The notes under the pieces: model-generated
What the model saw: only the letters and a program-made list of their open reading frames with translations
Database searches by the model: none
Told to the model about the DNA's origin: nothing
Program-made: the position numbers and the translations under genes
NCBI GenBank assembly: GCA_040390345.1
Contig: JAZJYP010000075.1
Location: 1,121-65,120, forward strand
Direction of reading: 5' to 3'
Source of the DNA: Pseudomonadota bacterium
Lineage (GTDB): Bacteria; Pseudomonadota; Gammaproteobacteria; Burkholderiales; Burkholderiaceae_D
DNA: 64,000 nucleotides
Part shown: positions 27,455 through 37,941 of the stretch, piece after piece
Layout of the letters: each line of letters opens with the position of its first letter
Position numbering within the stretch: position 1 is the stretch's first letter

Positions 27455-27982
27455 TCAGCACTGAGCCAGCACCTGCCATTGGCGCAATTTTTCGGCATAC
27501 GGCAAGGTGTAGGCGGGGCTGCTCGACGGCAGCGCAACGATGCGATAGCGCTGCGCGTGCTCGCCCAGCACCTTCAGTCCCAGCCGGGCTGCCGTCCCGC
27601 CATTGAAGGCGATGGTCGTCAACGCCGGCAACTTGGCAATCAAGGCGAGCAGGTCGTTGTCATTGCGGTCCCGGATGCGGCTATCCAGGCTGCCCGGGCG
27701 ATGCGCTTCGGCCACCACGTCCCATAAACCGATACGCTGTTCCAGCAAGGCGTCGAGGCGCGCGGCATAGTCGAGCGGCACCAGGTCCACTCGCGTCACT
27801 GCCGACATCAAGGCCCAAAAACGGTTCTGGCGGTTGCCATAGTATTGCTGGAGCAGCAGCGATTGTTCGCCCGGCAGGCTGCCCAGCACCAGCAGGCGCG
27901 TTTGCGCGTTCACGACCGGATCGAAACAGCGTTTGCGCGCAGGCTCATCCAACTTCACAGGCGTTTTCATCATGGTCTGCAT
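27455..27982 (-). CDS. DNA-deoxyinosine (hypoxanthine) glycosylase-like, UDG superfamily
   Basis: LLVLGSLPGEQSLLLQQYYGNRQNRFWALM matches, as I remember it, the motif of the hypoxanthine-DNA glycosylase family. Size is 175 aa. Confidence 0.65.
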   Translation of the reverse strand: MQTMMKTPVKLDEPARKRCFDPVVNAQTRLLVLGSLPGEQSLLLQQYYGNRQNRFWALMSAVTRVDLVPLDYAARLDALLEQRIGLWDVVAEAHRPGSLDSRIRDRNDNDLLALIAKLPALTTIAFNGGTAARLGLKVLGEHAQRYRIVALPSSSPAYTLPYAEKLRQWQVLAQC

Positions 27983-28014
27983 GATAGCAAGTTCAGTGTA
28001 AAATCATCCGGCAC

Positions 28015-28491
28015 ATGCATACCAACAACAATCCGGAGACCCCCATGGACACCACGGCAGCACCGCGCACCATCGATACCCTGTTGGCCAAGTACAGCGA
28101 AAGCCATTTGAACCACACCAACGAACTGATTCATTTCGTCTGCGTGCCGGTCATCGTGTTCACCTTGCTCGGCCTGGTGTGGGCGGTCCATCCGCTCGCT
28201 GCCGTGGCCGTCACCATCGCCTCCCTGTTCTACTACCTGCAACTGTCGCGGCCCTTCGCCGTGGGCATGCTGGTGATGGCCGGCGCCATGCTGGCCCTGC
28301 TATCGGCCTTGCCGCCTGCCACCGTGCTGCCACTGTCGATCGCCATCTTCGTGCTGGCATGGATCGGCCAGTTCATCGGCCACAAGATCGAAGGCAAGAA
28401 GCCCTCCTTCTTCGACGACTTGCGTTTCCTGCTGATCGGCCCGCTGTTCGTGCTGAGCTTCCTGTACCGCCGCCTGAACCTGGCCTGGTAA
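28015..28491 (+). CDS. DUF962/Mpo1-like membrane protein
   Basis: It contains Y..SH.N..N..IH motifs (YSESHLNHTNELIHFVCVP) and IGHKIEGKKPSFFDD. The start could be the downstream ATG at 28045. Confidence 0.65.
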   Translation: MHTNNNPETPMDTTAAPRTIDTLLAKYSESHLNHTNELIHFVCVPVIVFTLLGLVWAVHPLAAVAVTIASLFYYLQLSRPFAVGMLVMAGAMLALLSALPPATVLPLSIAIFVLAWIGQFIGHKIEGKKPSFFDDLRFLLIGPLFVLSFLYRRLNLAW

Positions 28492-28605
28492 CAGAAACTT
28501 ACCTTTTTTGGATGGCTGGCGACAACAAATGCCGATAAGCTACAGGTTCCAAAAGTCCTGCCACAGTGCCGGCCTTTCCAAAAAACGATTACACGGAGTG
28601 TCCAA

Positions 28606-29055
28606 ATGAAAGCAGCAATCGCCCTCGTCCTCGCTTGCGCCAGCCTTACCGGCTGCGTCGTCGCCCCCCACTCGGCCAGCGTCTATGGCGGCCGCCAGAC
28701 CATGAATGAACAAACCGTGCGCATGGCGGTCGTTGAATCGGTGCGCGAAGTGACGATCAATAACCAGAGCAGCGGCACCGGCACCCTGGCCGGCGCGGCC
28801 CTGGGCGGCATCGCCGGCTCGACCGTGGGCGGCGGCAAGGGTTCGACGGCGGCGGCGATTGCCGGCGCCGTGCTCGGTGGCGCCATCGGCAGCCAGGTCG
28901 AAGCCAATGCCAACAACCGCAAGGGCTTCGAGATCACCGTCAAACTCGACAACGGCGAATTGCGCGCCATCACCCAGGAGGCGGACGAACAGTTCCGTCC
29001 GGGCGAACGCGTGCGCCTGCTCAGCAGCGGCCACACCACCCGCGTCACCCACTGA
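28606..29055 (+). CDS. outer-membrane lipoprotein, glycine-zipper (SlyB/Pcp-like)
   Basis: It has a lipobox (LTGC) and the glycine zipper GAALGGIAGSTVGGGKGSTAAAIAGAVLGGAIGS. Confidence 0.75.
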   Translation: MKAAIALVLACASLTGCVVAPHSASVYGGRQTMNEQTVRMAVVESVREVTINNQSSGTGTLAGAALGGIAGSTVGGGKGSTAAAIAGAVLGGAIGSQVEANANNRKGFEITVKLDNGELRAITQEADEQFRPGERVRLLSSGHTTRVTH

Positions 29056-29115
29056 CCGTTGGCGGCCCTCAGTGGCCGCCCGGCAAGAAATGGCGAAAGC
29101 TTTTATACTTTCGCC

Positions 29116-30054
29116 ATGTCCTCTCCCCTCCTGTTCGCCATTGCCTCGCTGATCTGGGGCTCCACCTTCTGGGCCATCACGCTGCAACTGGGCGAAGTCG
29201 CACCCGCTGTATCCGTCGCTTACCGCTTCGGCCTGGCGTCGCTGATCCTGTTCGTCCTGTGCCGCCTGCGCGGCGATACCCTGCGCCTGCCCTGGCGCGC
29301 CCAGCGCTGGCTGATGCTGCAGGGCGCCTTCCATTTCGCCCTGTCCTATGTCTGCACGTATGGATCGGAACAATACCTGGTCTCGGCCCTGATGGCGGTG
29401 CTGTTCGCGCTGATGGTGTTCTGGAACCCGATCTGCAACCGCCTCGCCTTCGGCACGGCGATCAGCTGGCGCACCTGGGCCGCGGGCAGCGTGGCCGTGG
29501 CCGGCGTGACGCTGCTGTTCTTCCATTCGATCAGCGCCGCCTGGACCGAGATCCTGGCCGGCGGCAGCGGCCACTTCCTGCTCGGCCTGGGCCTGGCGCT
29601 GGCGGCGACGATGGCCAGCTCGGCCGGTAATGTGGTGGTGATCAAGGTGCGCGAGCAAAGCGGCAATGTGATGCTGACCATGGCCTGGGCCATGTTCTGG
29701 GGCACCTGCCTGGTGCTGGCCTGGTGTATGGTGAGCGGCCAGTCCTTTGCCTTGCCGGCCGCACCGCGCTACTGGATGGGCTTGTTCTACCTGTCGGTGT
29801 TCGGCTCCGTGATCGCCTTCAATTGCTATTTCACCCTGATCGACCGCATCGGTTCGCAAAAGGCCGTGTATATCGGCGTGGTCACGCCGGTCATCTCGGT
29901 GCTGCTGTCGATCCAGCTGGAACACTACCGTCCCGGACCCATCGAGTGGTTCGGCATGGTGCTGTGCCTGGCCAGCGTGGCCTGGGCCTTGCGTTCCCCC
30001 ACACCCAAGGTGTTACCATCAGTATCTTTAGCCCCCTTGCCTGAAAGCCCATGA
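29116..30054 (+). CDS. DMT-superfamily (EamA) transporter
   Basis: ATG at 29116. It has 10 hydrophobic segments and two EamA-like halves. Confidence 0.8.
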   Translation: MSSPLLFAIASLIWGSTFWAITLQLGEVAPAVSVAYRFGLASLILFVLCRLRGDTLRLPWRAQRWLMLQGAFHFALSYVCTYGSEQYLVSALMAVLFALMVFWNPICNRLAFGTAISWRTWAAGSVAVAGVTLLFFHSISAAWTEILAGGSGHFLLGLGLALAATMASSAGNVVVIKVREQSGNVMLTMAWAMFWGTCLVLAWCMVSGQSFALPAAPRYWMGLFYLSVFGSVIAFNCYFTLIDRIGSQKAVYIGVVTPVISVLLSIQLEHYRPGPIEWFGMVLCLASVAWALRSPTPKVLPSVSLAPLPESP

Positions 30055-30536
30055 GCTCTTTCACCATCCGCCCTGCCGAACCTGCCGATGTCGGTGATAT
30101 TTACGACATGATTGTCGAACTGGCCGTGTTCGAGAAACTCGAACACCTGGTCGTCGCCACTGAAGCGCTGCTGCACGAAGGCTTGTTCAGCGACAAGCCG
30201 TCGTGCGAAGCGATCGTCGGCGTCGAGGATGGCGAAGTGGTCACCTTTGCCTTGTTCTTCCACAATTTCTCGACCTTCCTGACACGCAAGGGCCTGTACC
30301 TGGAAGACCTTTATGTCAAGCAGGCGCACCGCGGAAAGGGCTATGGCCGCCAGATGCTCGTCGCGCTGGCGCAACTGGCCGTGGCACGCAACTGCGGGCG
30401 CTTCGAGTGGTCAGTGCTGGACTGGAACGAGCCTGCGATCAACTTCTACAAGGGCATGGGCGCCGACCTGTTGCCGGACTGGCGCGTCTGCCGCGTCACC
30501 GGCGACGCCCTGACGGCCCTGGCCGAGCACCCCTGA
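30051..30536 (+). CDS. GNAT N-acetyltransferase (diamine/spermidine acetyltransferase-like)
   Basis: It carries the acetyl-CoA motif QAHRGKGYGRQML. Its start overlaps the DMT stop as ATGA. Confidence 0.85.
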   Translation: MSSFTIRPAEPADVGDIYDMIVELAVFEKLEHLVVATEALLHEGLFSDKPSCEAIVGVEDGEVVTFALFFHNFSTFLTRKGLYLEDLYVKQAHRGKGYGRQMLVALAQLAVARNCGRFEWSVLDWNEPAINFYKGMGADLLPDWRVCRVTGDALTALAEHP

Positions 30537-30569
30537 AGAAAAAACCCGCGGTCACTTGCGTGCCGCGGG
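30537..30569 (-). terminator. hairpin with A-run/T-run, likely minus-strand (possibly bidirectional) terminator
   Basis: GAAAAAA-CCCGCGG-(11 nt)-CCGCGGG. On the minus strand the stem is followed by TTTTTTC. Confidence 0.4.
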
Positions 30570-30958
30570 CGAACCCATGTCTGCTATGGGGAGGGGAGAC
30601 TGAAATCACAGTTTCACTATAGTCGTGCAACTGTACAATTTCTTCTGTCTTTACAATTGCTTACCTCGGTAACATGAGGCTCACTTGCATCGTGCGCCTG
30701 TCGGGTTTTCTTACATTGATAAAAATCAATGATCCACGGCCTGCCGCGTCCAGAATGGGGGCTTCGTCCCAACCGGAGCCAGCCATGAAATTCAGCGTTA
30801 AACCGCTCACTTCGCGCCTCTACAAGGCCTGGCTCCGCTCGCGCCTCGACACCTGCTCGCGCAGCCTGCAAACCATTGCCGCCCAGCGCGAAAATGATTT
30901 CCACGCCGAACGGATCCTGCACCGGGAAATGTCGGAAATGCGCTCGCGCCTGCAATCG

Positions 30959-32422
30959 CTATAGGGCGCGCCGGCGCGCCAGCCACCACTCCAGCACTTC
31001 GAACAGCGCCTGGGTTGCCAGCGCCAACGCCGCCGCCGGCAAGGCGCCGGCCAGCAGCATGTCGTGGTCGTTCAGCGCCAGGCCGATGGTGATGCGCTCG
31101 CCATAGCCACCCGCGCCGATGAAGGCGGCAATCGTCGCCGTGCCCACGCTCATCACTGCCGCCGTTTTGACACCGGCCAGGATCACCGGCAGCGCCAGCG
31201 GCAAATCGATATGCAGCAGGCGGTCACGCCGGCCCAGGCCCAGCGCCAGCGCTGCCATGCGCAAGCCGGGCGGCACTTGCAGGATGCCGGTGCAGGTATT
31301 GCGCACGATGGGCAGCAAGGCATACACGAACAAGGCCACCAGCGCCGGCACCGTGCCGATCATGCCCAGCAAGGGAATCAGCATGGCCAGCAAGGCCAGC
31401 GATGGCACCGTCTGCAGCACGCCGGCGATGGCCAGCACCGGCTGGCGCAGGCGCGGCGCGAAGGCCGCCAGCACGCCCAGCGGAATACCGACGACGCAGG
31501 CCAGCGCCACCGACAGCAGCACCAGCGTGATGTGCTGGCGCGTAAGCGTGGCGAGCTTGTCGTCGAACATCCGGCTCCATAACCCCTGCTTCGCGCCTTG
31601 CGTCGCTTGCGGCGCGCGCCAGTTGCGCGCCACGTCGGCGAAACTCTTGCCGTCGATTTCCACTTGCGCGTTCATGGCGATCATGTCCGCTTCGCTGATG
31701 CGCCCTTCGAGCTGCTGCAGCGCGCGCCAGGCGGCCGGGAAGCGCTGTGGCAGGTCCAGCCGGTACAGCAGCACTGCGTCGTAGCGGGGAAAGTAGTGCA
31801 GGTCGTCGGCCAGCACGCGCAAGCCGTATTGCTTGATCTTGGCATCGGTCGAATAAATGTCGATCACATCGACCTGGTGCTGGGCCAGGGCTTCGTAGGC
31901 GATGCCGTGATCCAGGCCGGCGGGCTGCTGCGTCAGGCCGTAGCGCTTGGCCAGTCCGGGCCAGCCGTCGGCGCGGCCAATGAATTCGTGCGACAGGCCG
32001 AGCTTGAGCGTGCTCCGTTGCGCCAGTTGCGACAGGCTGGCGATGCCGCTGTCGGCGCGTGTGGCAAGCGCATAGGTGTTGTTGAAGCCGAGGGGCACGG
32101 CCACGCCCAGGCCAAGGGGGGCAAGCGCTGCGCGCATGGTGGCCAGGTCGCTCGCCTGTTCGTTCTTGAGGATTTCGCGGTCGATGGTGCCAAGGTATTC
32201 GGCATAGACGTCAATCGATCCTGTGCGTAGGGCAGCGAGCACGATGGCGGTATTGCCCAGGCCCTGGCGGTGTTCGGCATGGCCGGCTTGCTGGGTGAGG
32301 ATCTCGCCGAGGATATACGATTCAGTGAAGCGTTTCGAGCCGACGTGCAGCACATCATCAGCCTGCGCCGCCATGGACAGGAAGAGAACCAGTAGCCAGG
32401 TAGGGTGGGCACATGTGCCCAC
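30959..32422 (-). CDS. ABC transporter fused substrate-binding/permease protein (OpuB/OpuC-type, quaternary-amine family)
   Basis: The N-terminal half is binding-protein-like (LHVGSKRFTESYILGEIL...IDVYAEYLGT...DIYSTDAKI). The C-terminal half is a 5-6 TM permease with an EAA-like loop (ALGLGRRDRLLHIDLPLALP). The start is uncertain: the only in-frame start giving a signal peptide is GTG 32422, inside the REP element. Confidence 0.75.
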   Translation of the reverse strand: MGTCAHPTWLLVLFLSMAAQADDVLHVGSKRFTESYILGEILTQQAGHAEHRQGLGNTAIVLAALRTGSIDVYAEYLGTIDREILKNEQASDLATMRAALAPLGLGVAVPLGFNNTYALATRADSGIASLSQLAQRSTLKLGLSHEFIGRADGWPGLAKRYGLTQQPAGLDHGIAYEALAQHQVDVIDIYSTDAKIKQYGLRVLADDLHYFPRYDAVLLYRLDLPQRFPAAWRALQQLEGRISEADMIAMNAQVEIDGKSFADVARNWRAPQATQGAKQGLWSRMFDDKLATLTRQHITLVLLSVALACVVGIPLGVLAAFAPRLRQPVLAIAGVLQTVPSLALLAMLIPLLGMIGTVPALVALFVYALLPIVRNTCTGILQVPPGLRMAALALGLGRRDRLLHIDLPLALPVILAGVKTAAVMSVGTATIAAFIGAGGYGERITIGLALNDHDMLLAGALPAAALALATQALFEVLEWWLARRRAL

Positions 32423-32466
32423 GCGGAGCCAACGCCTCAACGCGTGGGCGCACGCGCCCACCCTAC
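32400..32466. repeat. REP-like composite palindrome (GTAGGGTGGGCAC family)
   Basis: GTAGGGTGGGCACATGTGCCCACGCG-(15 nt)-CGCGTGGGCGCACGCGCCCACCCTAC. It overlaps the hutI stop codon (32463-32465). Confidence 0.8.
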
Positions 32467-33662
32467 GCCCGAGCCACGCCGGCATGGAAGACGGCGCGGC
32501 AGGGATTGAGGCCCATGGCGTAGGACAGGTCGGCCGGGCGCGCAATGCCCCACAGCGCGAAATCGGCGCGTTTGCCCACTTCGAGCGTGCCGATGTCGCG
32601 CTCGCGCCCCAAAGCACGCGCGGCGTGGACCGTGGTGCCGGCCAGCGCCTCGAGCGGCGTCAGGCGCCACAGCGTGCATGCCATGTTCATCGCCAGCAGC
32701 AGCGACGTCATGGGCGACGTCCCTGGATTGCAGTCCGTCGCCACCGCCATCGGCACATGGGCGGCGCGCAGCAAGCCGATCGGCGGGGGCATCGTCTCGC
32801 GCAGGAAGTAGTAAGCGCCCGGCAGCAGCACGGCCACTGTGCCGGCCGCCGCCATGGCATCGACCCCGGCTTGCGACAAGTGCTCGAGGTGGTCCGCCGA
32901 CAGGCCACGGAAGCGCGCCACCAGTTCGGCGCCGCGCTGGTCGGACAATTGCTCGGCATGCAGTTTGACCGGCAAGTCCAGCGCCTGCGCCACCGCGAAC
33001 ACGCGCTCGGTCTGTTCCAGCGTGAAGCCGATGCGCTCGCAAAACGCGTCGACCGCGTCGACCAGGCCTTCGGCCACCAGTACCGGCATCATGCCGCAGA
33101 CGTTGTCGATGTAGTCGTCGGGGCAGCGCGCAAATTCAGGGGGAACGGCATGCGCACCGAGGAAAGTCGTGGCTACGTTGACGGGCAGCTCCTGCCCCAC
33201 CCGGCGCGCCACGCGCAGCATGGCACGCTCCGATTCGAGCGAGAGACCGTAGCCGGATTTGATTTCGATTGTCGTCACGCCTTCGGCCATCAGGCTGCGA
33301 ATGCGCGGCAAGCTTTGCTGCAGCAGTTCATCGTCGCTGGCGGCGCGCGTGGCGCGCACAGTCGACATGATGCCGCCGCCGGAGCGGGCGATGTCTTCAT
33401 AAGTGGCGCCGTTCAGGCGCGCCTCGAATTCGTCGCTGCGGTTGCCGGCGTGGACAATGTGGGTGTGGCAGTCGATCAGGCCGGGCGTCAGCCAGGCGCC
33501 ACTGCCGTCGAACACCTGCGCCGCCGCTGGCGCGCCGTCGCGCGGGCCCAGCCAGGCGATGCGGCCATCCTTGACAGCGATGGCGCCATGGCGCACTTCG
33601 CCATAGCCACCGGCCATCGTCGCCAGGTGGACATTGGTGATGAGAAGGTCCATCTCAGACAT
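32463..33662 (-). CDS. hutI: imidazolonepropionase
   Basis: The motifs [17 protein letters not shown] and [10 protein letters not shown] are HutI signatures. The start is either ATG 33662 or ATG 33653. Confidence 0.9.
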   Translation of the reverse strand: MSEMDLLITNVHLATMAGGYGEVRHGAIAVKDGRIAWLGPRDGAPAAAQVFDGSGAWLTPGLIDCHTHIVHAGNRSDEFEARLNGATYEDIARSGGGIMSTVRATRAASDDELLQQSLPRIRSLMAEGVTTIEIKSGYGLSLESERAMLRVARRVGQELPVNVATTFLGAHAVPPEFARCPDDYIDNVCGMMPVLVAEGLVDAVDAFCERIGFTLEQTERVFAVAQALDLPVKLHAEQLSDQRGAELVARFRGLSADHLEHLSQAGVDAMAAAGTVAVLLPGAYYFLRETMPPPIGLLRAAHVPMAVATDCNPGTSPMTSLLLAMNMACTLWRLTPLEALAGTTVHAARALGRERDIGTLEVGKRADFALWGIARPADLSYAMGLNPCRAVFHAGVARA

Positions 33663-34233
33663 TGAAGATGTCGATGACCAGCACCGTGGCCTGGCCTGTC
33701 TCGAACTTCCAGACCGTGCCCGGTTCGAACACCACGGCGTCGTAGCGCACCAGGCCAAGGCGCTCCGAATCGCAGCTGATCGACAGGCTGTCGCCCTCGG
33801 CCAGGAACATGATGGTGGTGTCGCCGCGTGGCGAGAATTCAGATATGCCCGAGAGCACGCGCCGCCCCAGCTGGTGTTCGCAGCGTTCGCGCCGCGTCAT
33901 GACGTTGAAGTCGGCGGTGTCGCCATCGCCGATGGTGGCCATGACGTCGGCCTCGCCGTCGAATTCGATGACCGGTTCTTCCTCGCACAGCAAAACACGC
34001 TGCTGGCCGTTCAGGTCCAGCATCACGCCCGGGCCGGAAACCAGCGCCAGCGTGCGGTCGATCCCGGGGAAGATGGAGAACGGCCCGCTCTGCGAAATCG
34101 TCGCAAGGCTGACGCGCCAGTCGAAATTGTCGATGCCCGCGTCAGGCGGCCAGATCGCAATTTCGGTGGTGCTGCCGCCGCCGTTTTTCCACGGTGCCGG
34201 GTCCAGGCTGGCATACGGTATCAGTCGCGTCAT
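33655..34233 (-). CDS. hutD: HutD-family protein
   Basis: 192 aa. It matches the HutD pattern (PW.NGGG.T.EI...). Its start overlaps the hutF stop as ATGA. Confidence 0.7.
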   Translation of the reverse strand: MTRLIPYASLDPAPWKNGGGSTTEIAIWPPDAGIDNFDWRVSLATISQSGPFSIFPGIDRTLALVSGPGVMLDLNGQQRVLLCEEEPVIEFDGEADVMATIGDGDTADFNVMTRRERCEHQLGRRVLSGISEFSPRGDTTIMFLAEGDSLSISCDSERLGLVRYDAVVFEPGTVWKFETGQATVLVIDIFNV

Positions 34234-35591
34234 GATCGAAACTCCCGCAATGCGGCGATGGTCTGCTTGAAGCGCTGCGCAATCGCCGTTTGCGCAACGT
34301 GTCGTTGATCCTGCACTACCCACTGGCCACCCACCATCACGTCCTTGACCAGGTTGTCGTTACCGCTGAAGACCAGTGTACCCAAGACGTCGGCGCTCGC
34401 GCAGCCATACAGATTGGGATGCTCCGCGTCGAGCACCAGCAAATCGGCGCGCTTGCCCGGCGCCAGCGCGCCTACGGGCCGGCCGGAGGCCTGCGCACCG
34501 CCGCGCGCCGCGCCCTGCCACAGGAAGTCGCCCACATGACGTTCGGTTTCGCTGGCGGCCACATTGCGGCGCTGGTGCAGCAGGCGCTGGCCATATTCTA
34601 ACCAACGCAGCTCTTCGATGGCGCTTTGCGAGATATGGCTGTCGCTGCCGACGCCGAAACGCCCGCCCGCTTCGAGGAAAGGCGCCAGCGGGAACAGGCC
34701 GTCGCCCAGGTTCGCTTCCGTGGTCGGGCACAGGCCCGCCACGGCGCCGCTGGTGGCGATGGCCGCGGTTTCGGTCTCAAGCAAATGGGTGGCATGCACC
34801 AGGCACCAGTGCTGGTCGACCGGCAGGTGGTCGAACAGATACTCCACCGGCCTGCGCCCGCAGTAGTCCAGGCTTTGCTGCACTTCGGCCATTTGCTCGG
34901 CGATATGGATGTGGACCGGGCGCCCGGCCGGCAGGGACGCCAGCACTTCGCTGATCTGCTTGACCGAGGCCGCGCGCAGCGAATGGGGCGCAACGCCCAC
35001 TTCCGTATTGGCGTCGCGCAGGGGCGAGAGTTCGTCGACGATGCGCAGCAGCGACTCGGGATCGGTGCGGAAGCGCTTCTGGTCGTCCTTGAGCGGCTGC
35101 TCGCCGAAACCGGCGTAGTTATACAGGACCGGCAGCATTGTGATGCCGATGCCGGCAATGCGCGCGGCGGCGACCACGCGTTCGGCCGTTTCGGCCGGGC
35201 GGGCGTAGAGCTGCCCCGCCGGGTCGCGCTGCACATAATGGAATTCGCACACCGAGGTATAGCCGTGGCGCAGGCATTCCGAATACAGCTGCGCCGCGAT
35301 GGCTTCGATATGGTCCGGCGTGATATTGCGGGCGAAGCGGTACATCAAGTCACGCCAGGTCCAGAAGCTGTCCGGCCCTGCGCCCGCCTTTTCGGTCAGC
35401 CCGCCCAGCGCGCGCTGGAAGGCGTGCGAGTGCAGGTTGACCATGCCCGGCAAGACGTACTCGGCGACCGGCGCCTCGCCCTGCTCACTGGGACCGGCGA
35501 AGGTGAGCAAACCCTGGGCGTCCCATTCGAGGCGCACGTTGTCCTGCCAGCCGCCTGGCAGCAGCGCGTGGCGGGCGAACAGCGCACTCAT
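34230..35591 (-). CDS. hutF: formimidoylglutamate deiminase
   Basis: 454 aa of the amidohydrolase superfamily (NLHSHAFQR, HIHIAEQ, GSDS). Its position in the hut operon and the ATGA overlap with the hutG stop support the call. Confidence 0.85.
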   Translation of the reverse strand: MSALFARHALLPGGWQDNVRLEWDAQGLLTFAGPSEQGEAPVAEYVLPGMVNLHSHAFQRALGGLTEKAGAGPDSFWTWRDLMYRFARNITPDHIEAIAAQLYSECLRHGYTSVCEFHYVQRDPAGQLYARPAETAERVVAAARIAGIGITMLPVLYNYAGFGEQPLKDDQKRFRTDPESLLRIVDELSPLRDANTEVGVAPHSLRAASVKQISEVLASLPAGRPVHIHIAEQMAEVQQSLDYCGRRPVEYLFDHLPVDQHWCLVHATHLLETETAAIATSGAVAGLCPTTEANLGDGLFPLAPFLEAGGRFGVGSDSHISQSAIEELRWLEYGQRLLHQRRNVAASETERHVGDFLWQGAARGGAQASGRPVGALAPGKRADLLVLDAEHPNLYGCASADVLGTLVFSGNDNLVKDVMVGGQWVVQDQRHVAQTAIAQRFKQTIAALREFRS

Positions 35592-36376
35592 AGTCTTGCC
35601 CAGTTGGCGGCGGCGCTGGTCATCTCGCGCAGCAGGCCCTGCACGCCTTGGGCGAGGTCGGGCCGGTAGCCGTAGGGCGCCTCTTCGTCCATGTAAACAC
35701 ACTGGCTCATTTCGAGCTGGATGGCGTGGACGTTGTAGGCCGGCTGGCCGTAGTGGCGCGTGATGTGGCCGCCCTTGAAGCGGCCGTTGACGGCAACGCT
35801 GTAGTCGTCCTGGGCCCGCGCGATGCTGACGATGGCGTCTTCCATGCCGGGGTCGCAGGACGCGCCCTGGGCGGTGCCGAAATTGAGGTCCGGCAGGCGG
35901 CCTTCGAAAAAGCGCGGCACCACCGAAGCGATGGAATGCGCATCCCACAGGGCCACGCGGCCGTGCATTGACAGCAAGCGGTCCAGTTCGGCGCGCAGGG
36001 CCTGGTGATAGGGCTGCCAGTAGCGCCCCAGGCGCAACTGCACTTCGGCTTCGTCTGGCGCCTTGCCGTCGAGGTAGAGCGGCGTGCGGCCGAAGGTGTC
36101 GACCGGGCACAGGCCGGTCGTGTCCATGCCGGGATAGAGGTTGGTGTTTTCCGGCGGCCGGTTCAAATCGATCACGTAGCGCGACCAGCGCGCCGAGATG
36201 GTCGACGCGCCCAGGTCGTGCAGGAAGTCGTAGAGCTTGACCAGGTGCCAGTCGGTGTCGGCGCGCTCAAGCGCCGGCGCCGACATCGTGGCCGCAATGT
36301 CGTCGGGAATATCGGTGCCCACGTGGGGCATCGACACCAGCAATGGAATACTGCCTGCCGTAAACTGGAACTCCAT
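35588..36376 (-). CDS. hutG: N-formylglutamate amidohydrolase
   Basis: 262 aa. The segments PLLVSMPHVGT, RYVIDLNR and the FGase family pattern are present. Confidence 0.85.
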   Translation of the reverse strand: MEFQFTAGSIPLLVSMPHVGTDIPDDIAATMSAPALERADTDWHLVKLYDFLHDLGASTISARWSRYVIDLNRPPENTNLYPGMDTTGLCPVDTFGRTPLYLDGKAPDEAEVQLRLGRYWQPYHQALRAELDRLLSMHGRVALWDAHSIASVVPRFFEGRLPDLNFGTAQGASCDPGMEDAIVSIARAQDDYSVAVNGRFKGGHITRHYGQPAYNVHAIQLEMSQCVYMDEEAPYGYRPDLAQGVQGLLREMTSAAANWARL

Positions 36377-36391
36377 ATCGACTCCTGATGC

Positions 36392-37933
36392 TTATTGGTA
36401 CAGTGCCGCGAACAGCCCTTTGCAGGAAGCGGACAGTTCGCCCTTGATCACCATCTGCTTGGCCGCCTCGATGTCCGGCGCGAAGAAGCGGTCGGCGTCG
36501 AAGAACGGCACTTGCTGGCGCAGCTGCTGGTGCACATGCTCCAGGTGCGGCGAGGTTTTCAGGGGACGGTGGAAGTCCACGCCCTGGGCCGCTGCCAGCA
36601 ATTCTATGCCAAGGATAACAGCTGTATTGTGCGCCATATCGTCGAGGCGGCGCGCCGCGAAGGTGGCCATCGACACATGGTCTTCCTGGTTGGCCGAAGT
36701 AGGCAGGCTGTCGACACTGGCCGGATGGGCCAGCGACTTGTTTTCCGACGCCAGCGCGGCGGCCGTGACGTGGGCGATCATGAAGCCGGAATTGACGCCA
36801 GGGTCGCGCACCAGGAAAGGCGGCAGGCCGGACAAGGTCGCGTCGATCAGCAGGGCAATGCGGCGCTCGGACAGGCCGCCGATTTCGGCAATCGCCAACG
36901 CCAGCGTATCGGCCGCGAAGGCCACCGGTTCGGCGTGGAAGTTACCGCCGGAGATGATGTCGCCCGTTTCCGGGAAGATGAGCGGATTGTCGGTCACCGC
37001 GTTCGCTTCGATGAGCAGGGTGCGCGCGCTGTTGCGCACGATGTCCATCACCGCGCCCATGACTTGCGGCTGGCAGCGCAGGCTGTAAGGGTCTTGCACG
37101 CGCTCGTCGCCCACCAGGTGGGAGGCGCGGATGGCCGAATCGGCCACCAGCTGGCGGTAGATGGCTGCCGCAGCGATCTGGCCCGGCTGGCCGCGCACGG
37201 CGTGCACGCGCGCGTCGAACGGCGCATCGCTGCCCTTGGCTGCATCCAGCGACAGGGAACCGGCCACCATGCCCGCTTCCAGCAGGCGTTCTGCCATGAA
37301 CAGGCCATGCAGGGCCAGTGCAGTCGACACCTGGGTGCCGTTGATCAGCGCCAGGCCTTCTTTTGCCGCCAGCACCACCGGCGTGATGCCGGCTGCCTGC
37401 AACGCGGCCGTGGCGTCGATCAGCTTGCCGTCCACGCGCACCTGGCCCACGCCCAGCATGGCCAGGGTCATGTGCGACAGCGGCGCCAGGTCGCCCGAGG
37501 CGCCGACCGAACCCTTGGCCGGAATGGCGGGCATGATGCCGGCGTTGTACAGGGCGATCAGCGTATCGATGATCAAGGGGCGCACGCCCGAGAAGCCACG
37601 CGCCAGCGAGCCGATTTTCATCAGCATGACCAGGCGCACGGTGGCGTCGGACATCAGTTCGCCCGTGCCCACCGAGTGCGACAGGATCAGGTTGCGCTGC
37701 AGCTGTTCCAGCTTTTCATCCGGGATGCGCGTCTTGGCCAAGAGGCCAAAGCCGGTATTGATGCCGTAAGCCGCGTCGCCTTTGTTGACGATTGCCTGCA
37801 CGGCGGCGGCGGAGGCTTCGATGACCGGGTAGGCCGAAGCGGCCAGGGTCAGTTTGCCGGGTGCGGCCCACACGGCGCGCAGGTCGGCCAGGGTCATCAG
37901 GCCAGGTTGGAGAGTCCAGTCTTGGTTCGTCAT
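36392..37933 (-). CDS. hutH: histidine ammonia-lyase
   Basis: It has the MIO-forming [14 protein letters not shown] motif and full-length HAL similarity. ATG 37933 gives the usual N-terminus (MT....L.PG.MTLADLR). Confidence 0.93.
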   Translation of the reverse strand: MTNQDWTLQPGLMTLADLRAVWAAPGKLTLAASAYPVIEASAAAVQAIVNKGDAAYGINTGFGLLAKTRIPDEKLEQLQRNLILSHSVGTGELMSDATVRLVMLMKIGSLARGFSGVRPLIIDTLIALYNAGIMPAIPAKGSVGASGDLAPLSHMTLAMLGVGQVRVDGKLIDATAALQAAGITPVVLAAKEGLALINGTQVSTALALHGLFMAERLLEAGMVAGSLSLDAAKGSDAPFDARVHAVRGQPGQIAAAAIYRQLVADSAIRASHLVGDERVQDPYSLRCQPQVMGAVMDIVRNSARTLLIEANAVTDNPLIFPETGDIISGGNFHAEPVAFAADTLALAIAEIGGLSERRIALLIDATLSGLPPFLVRDPGVNSGFMIAHVTAAALASENKSLAHPASVDSLPTSANQEDHVSMATFAARRLDDMAHNTAVILGIELLAAAQGVDFHRPLKTSPHLEHVHQQLRQQVPFFDADRFFAPDIEAAKQMVIKGELSASCKGLFAALYQ

Positions 37934-37941
37934 GGTGTTCT

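Noticed and set aside
30674-30964. A 96-aa + strand ORF and the 112-aa minus ORF (30617-30955) between the GNAT and ABC fusion genes.
   Set aside because: Neither has a recognisable family. The composition is Arg-rich, and the two overlap each other and the ABC gene stop. A short 59-aa version (from ATG 30785) cannot be excluded but is unsupported.
32423-32617. An N-terminal 65-codon extension of the ABC fusion ORF.
   Set aside because: It runs through the REP palindrome and overlaps the 3' end of hutI, and the composition is non-protein-like.
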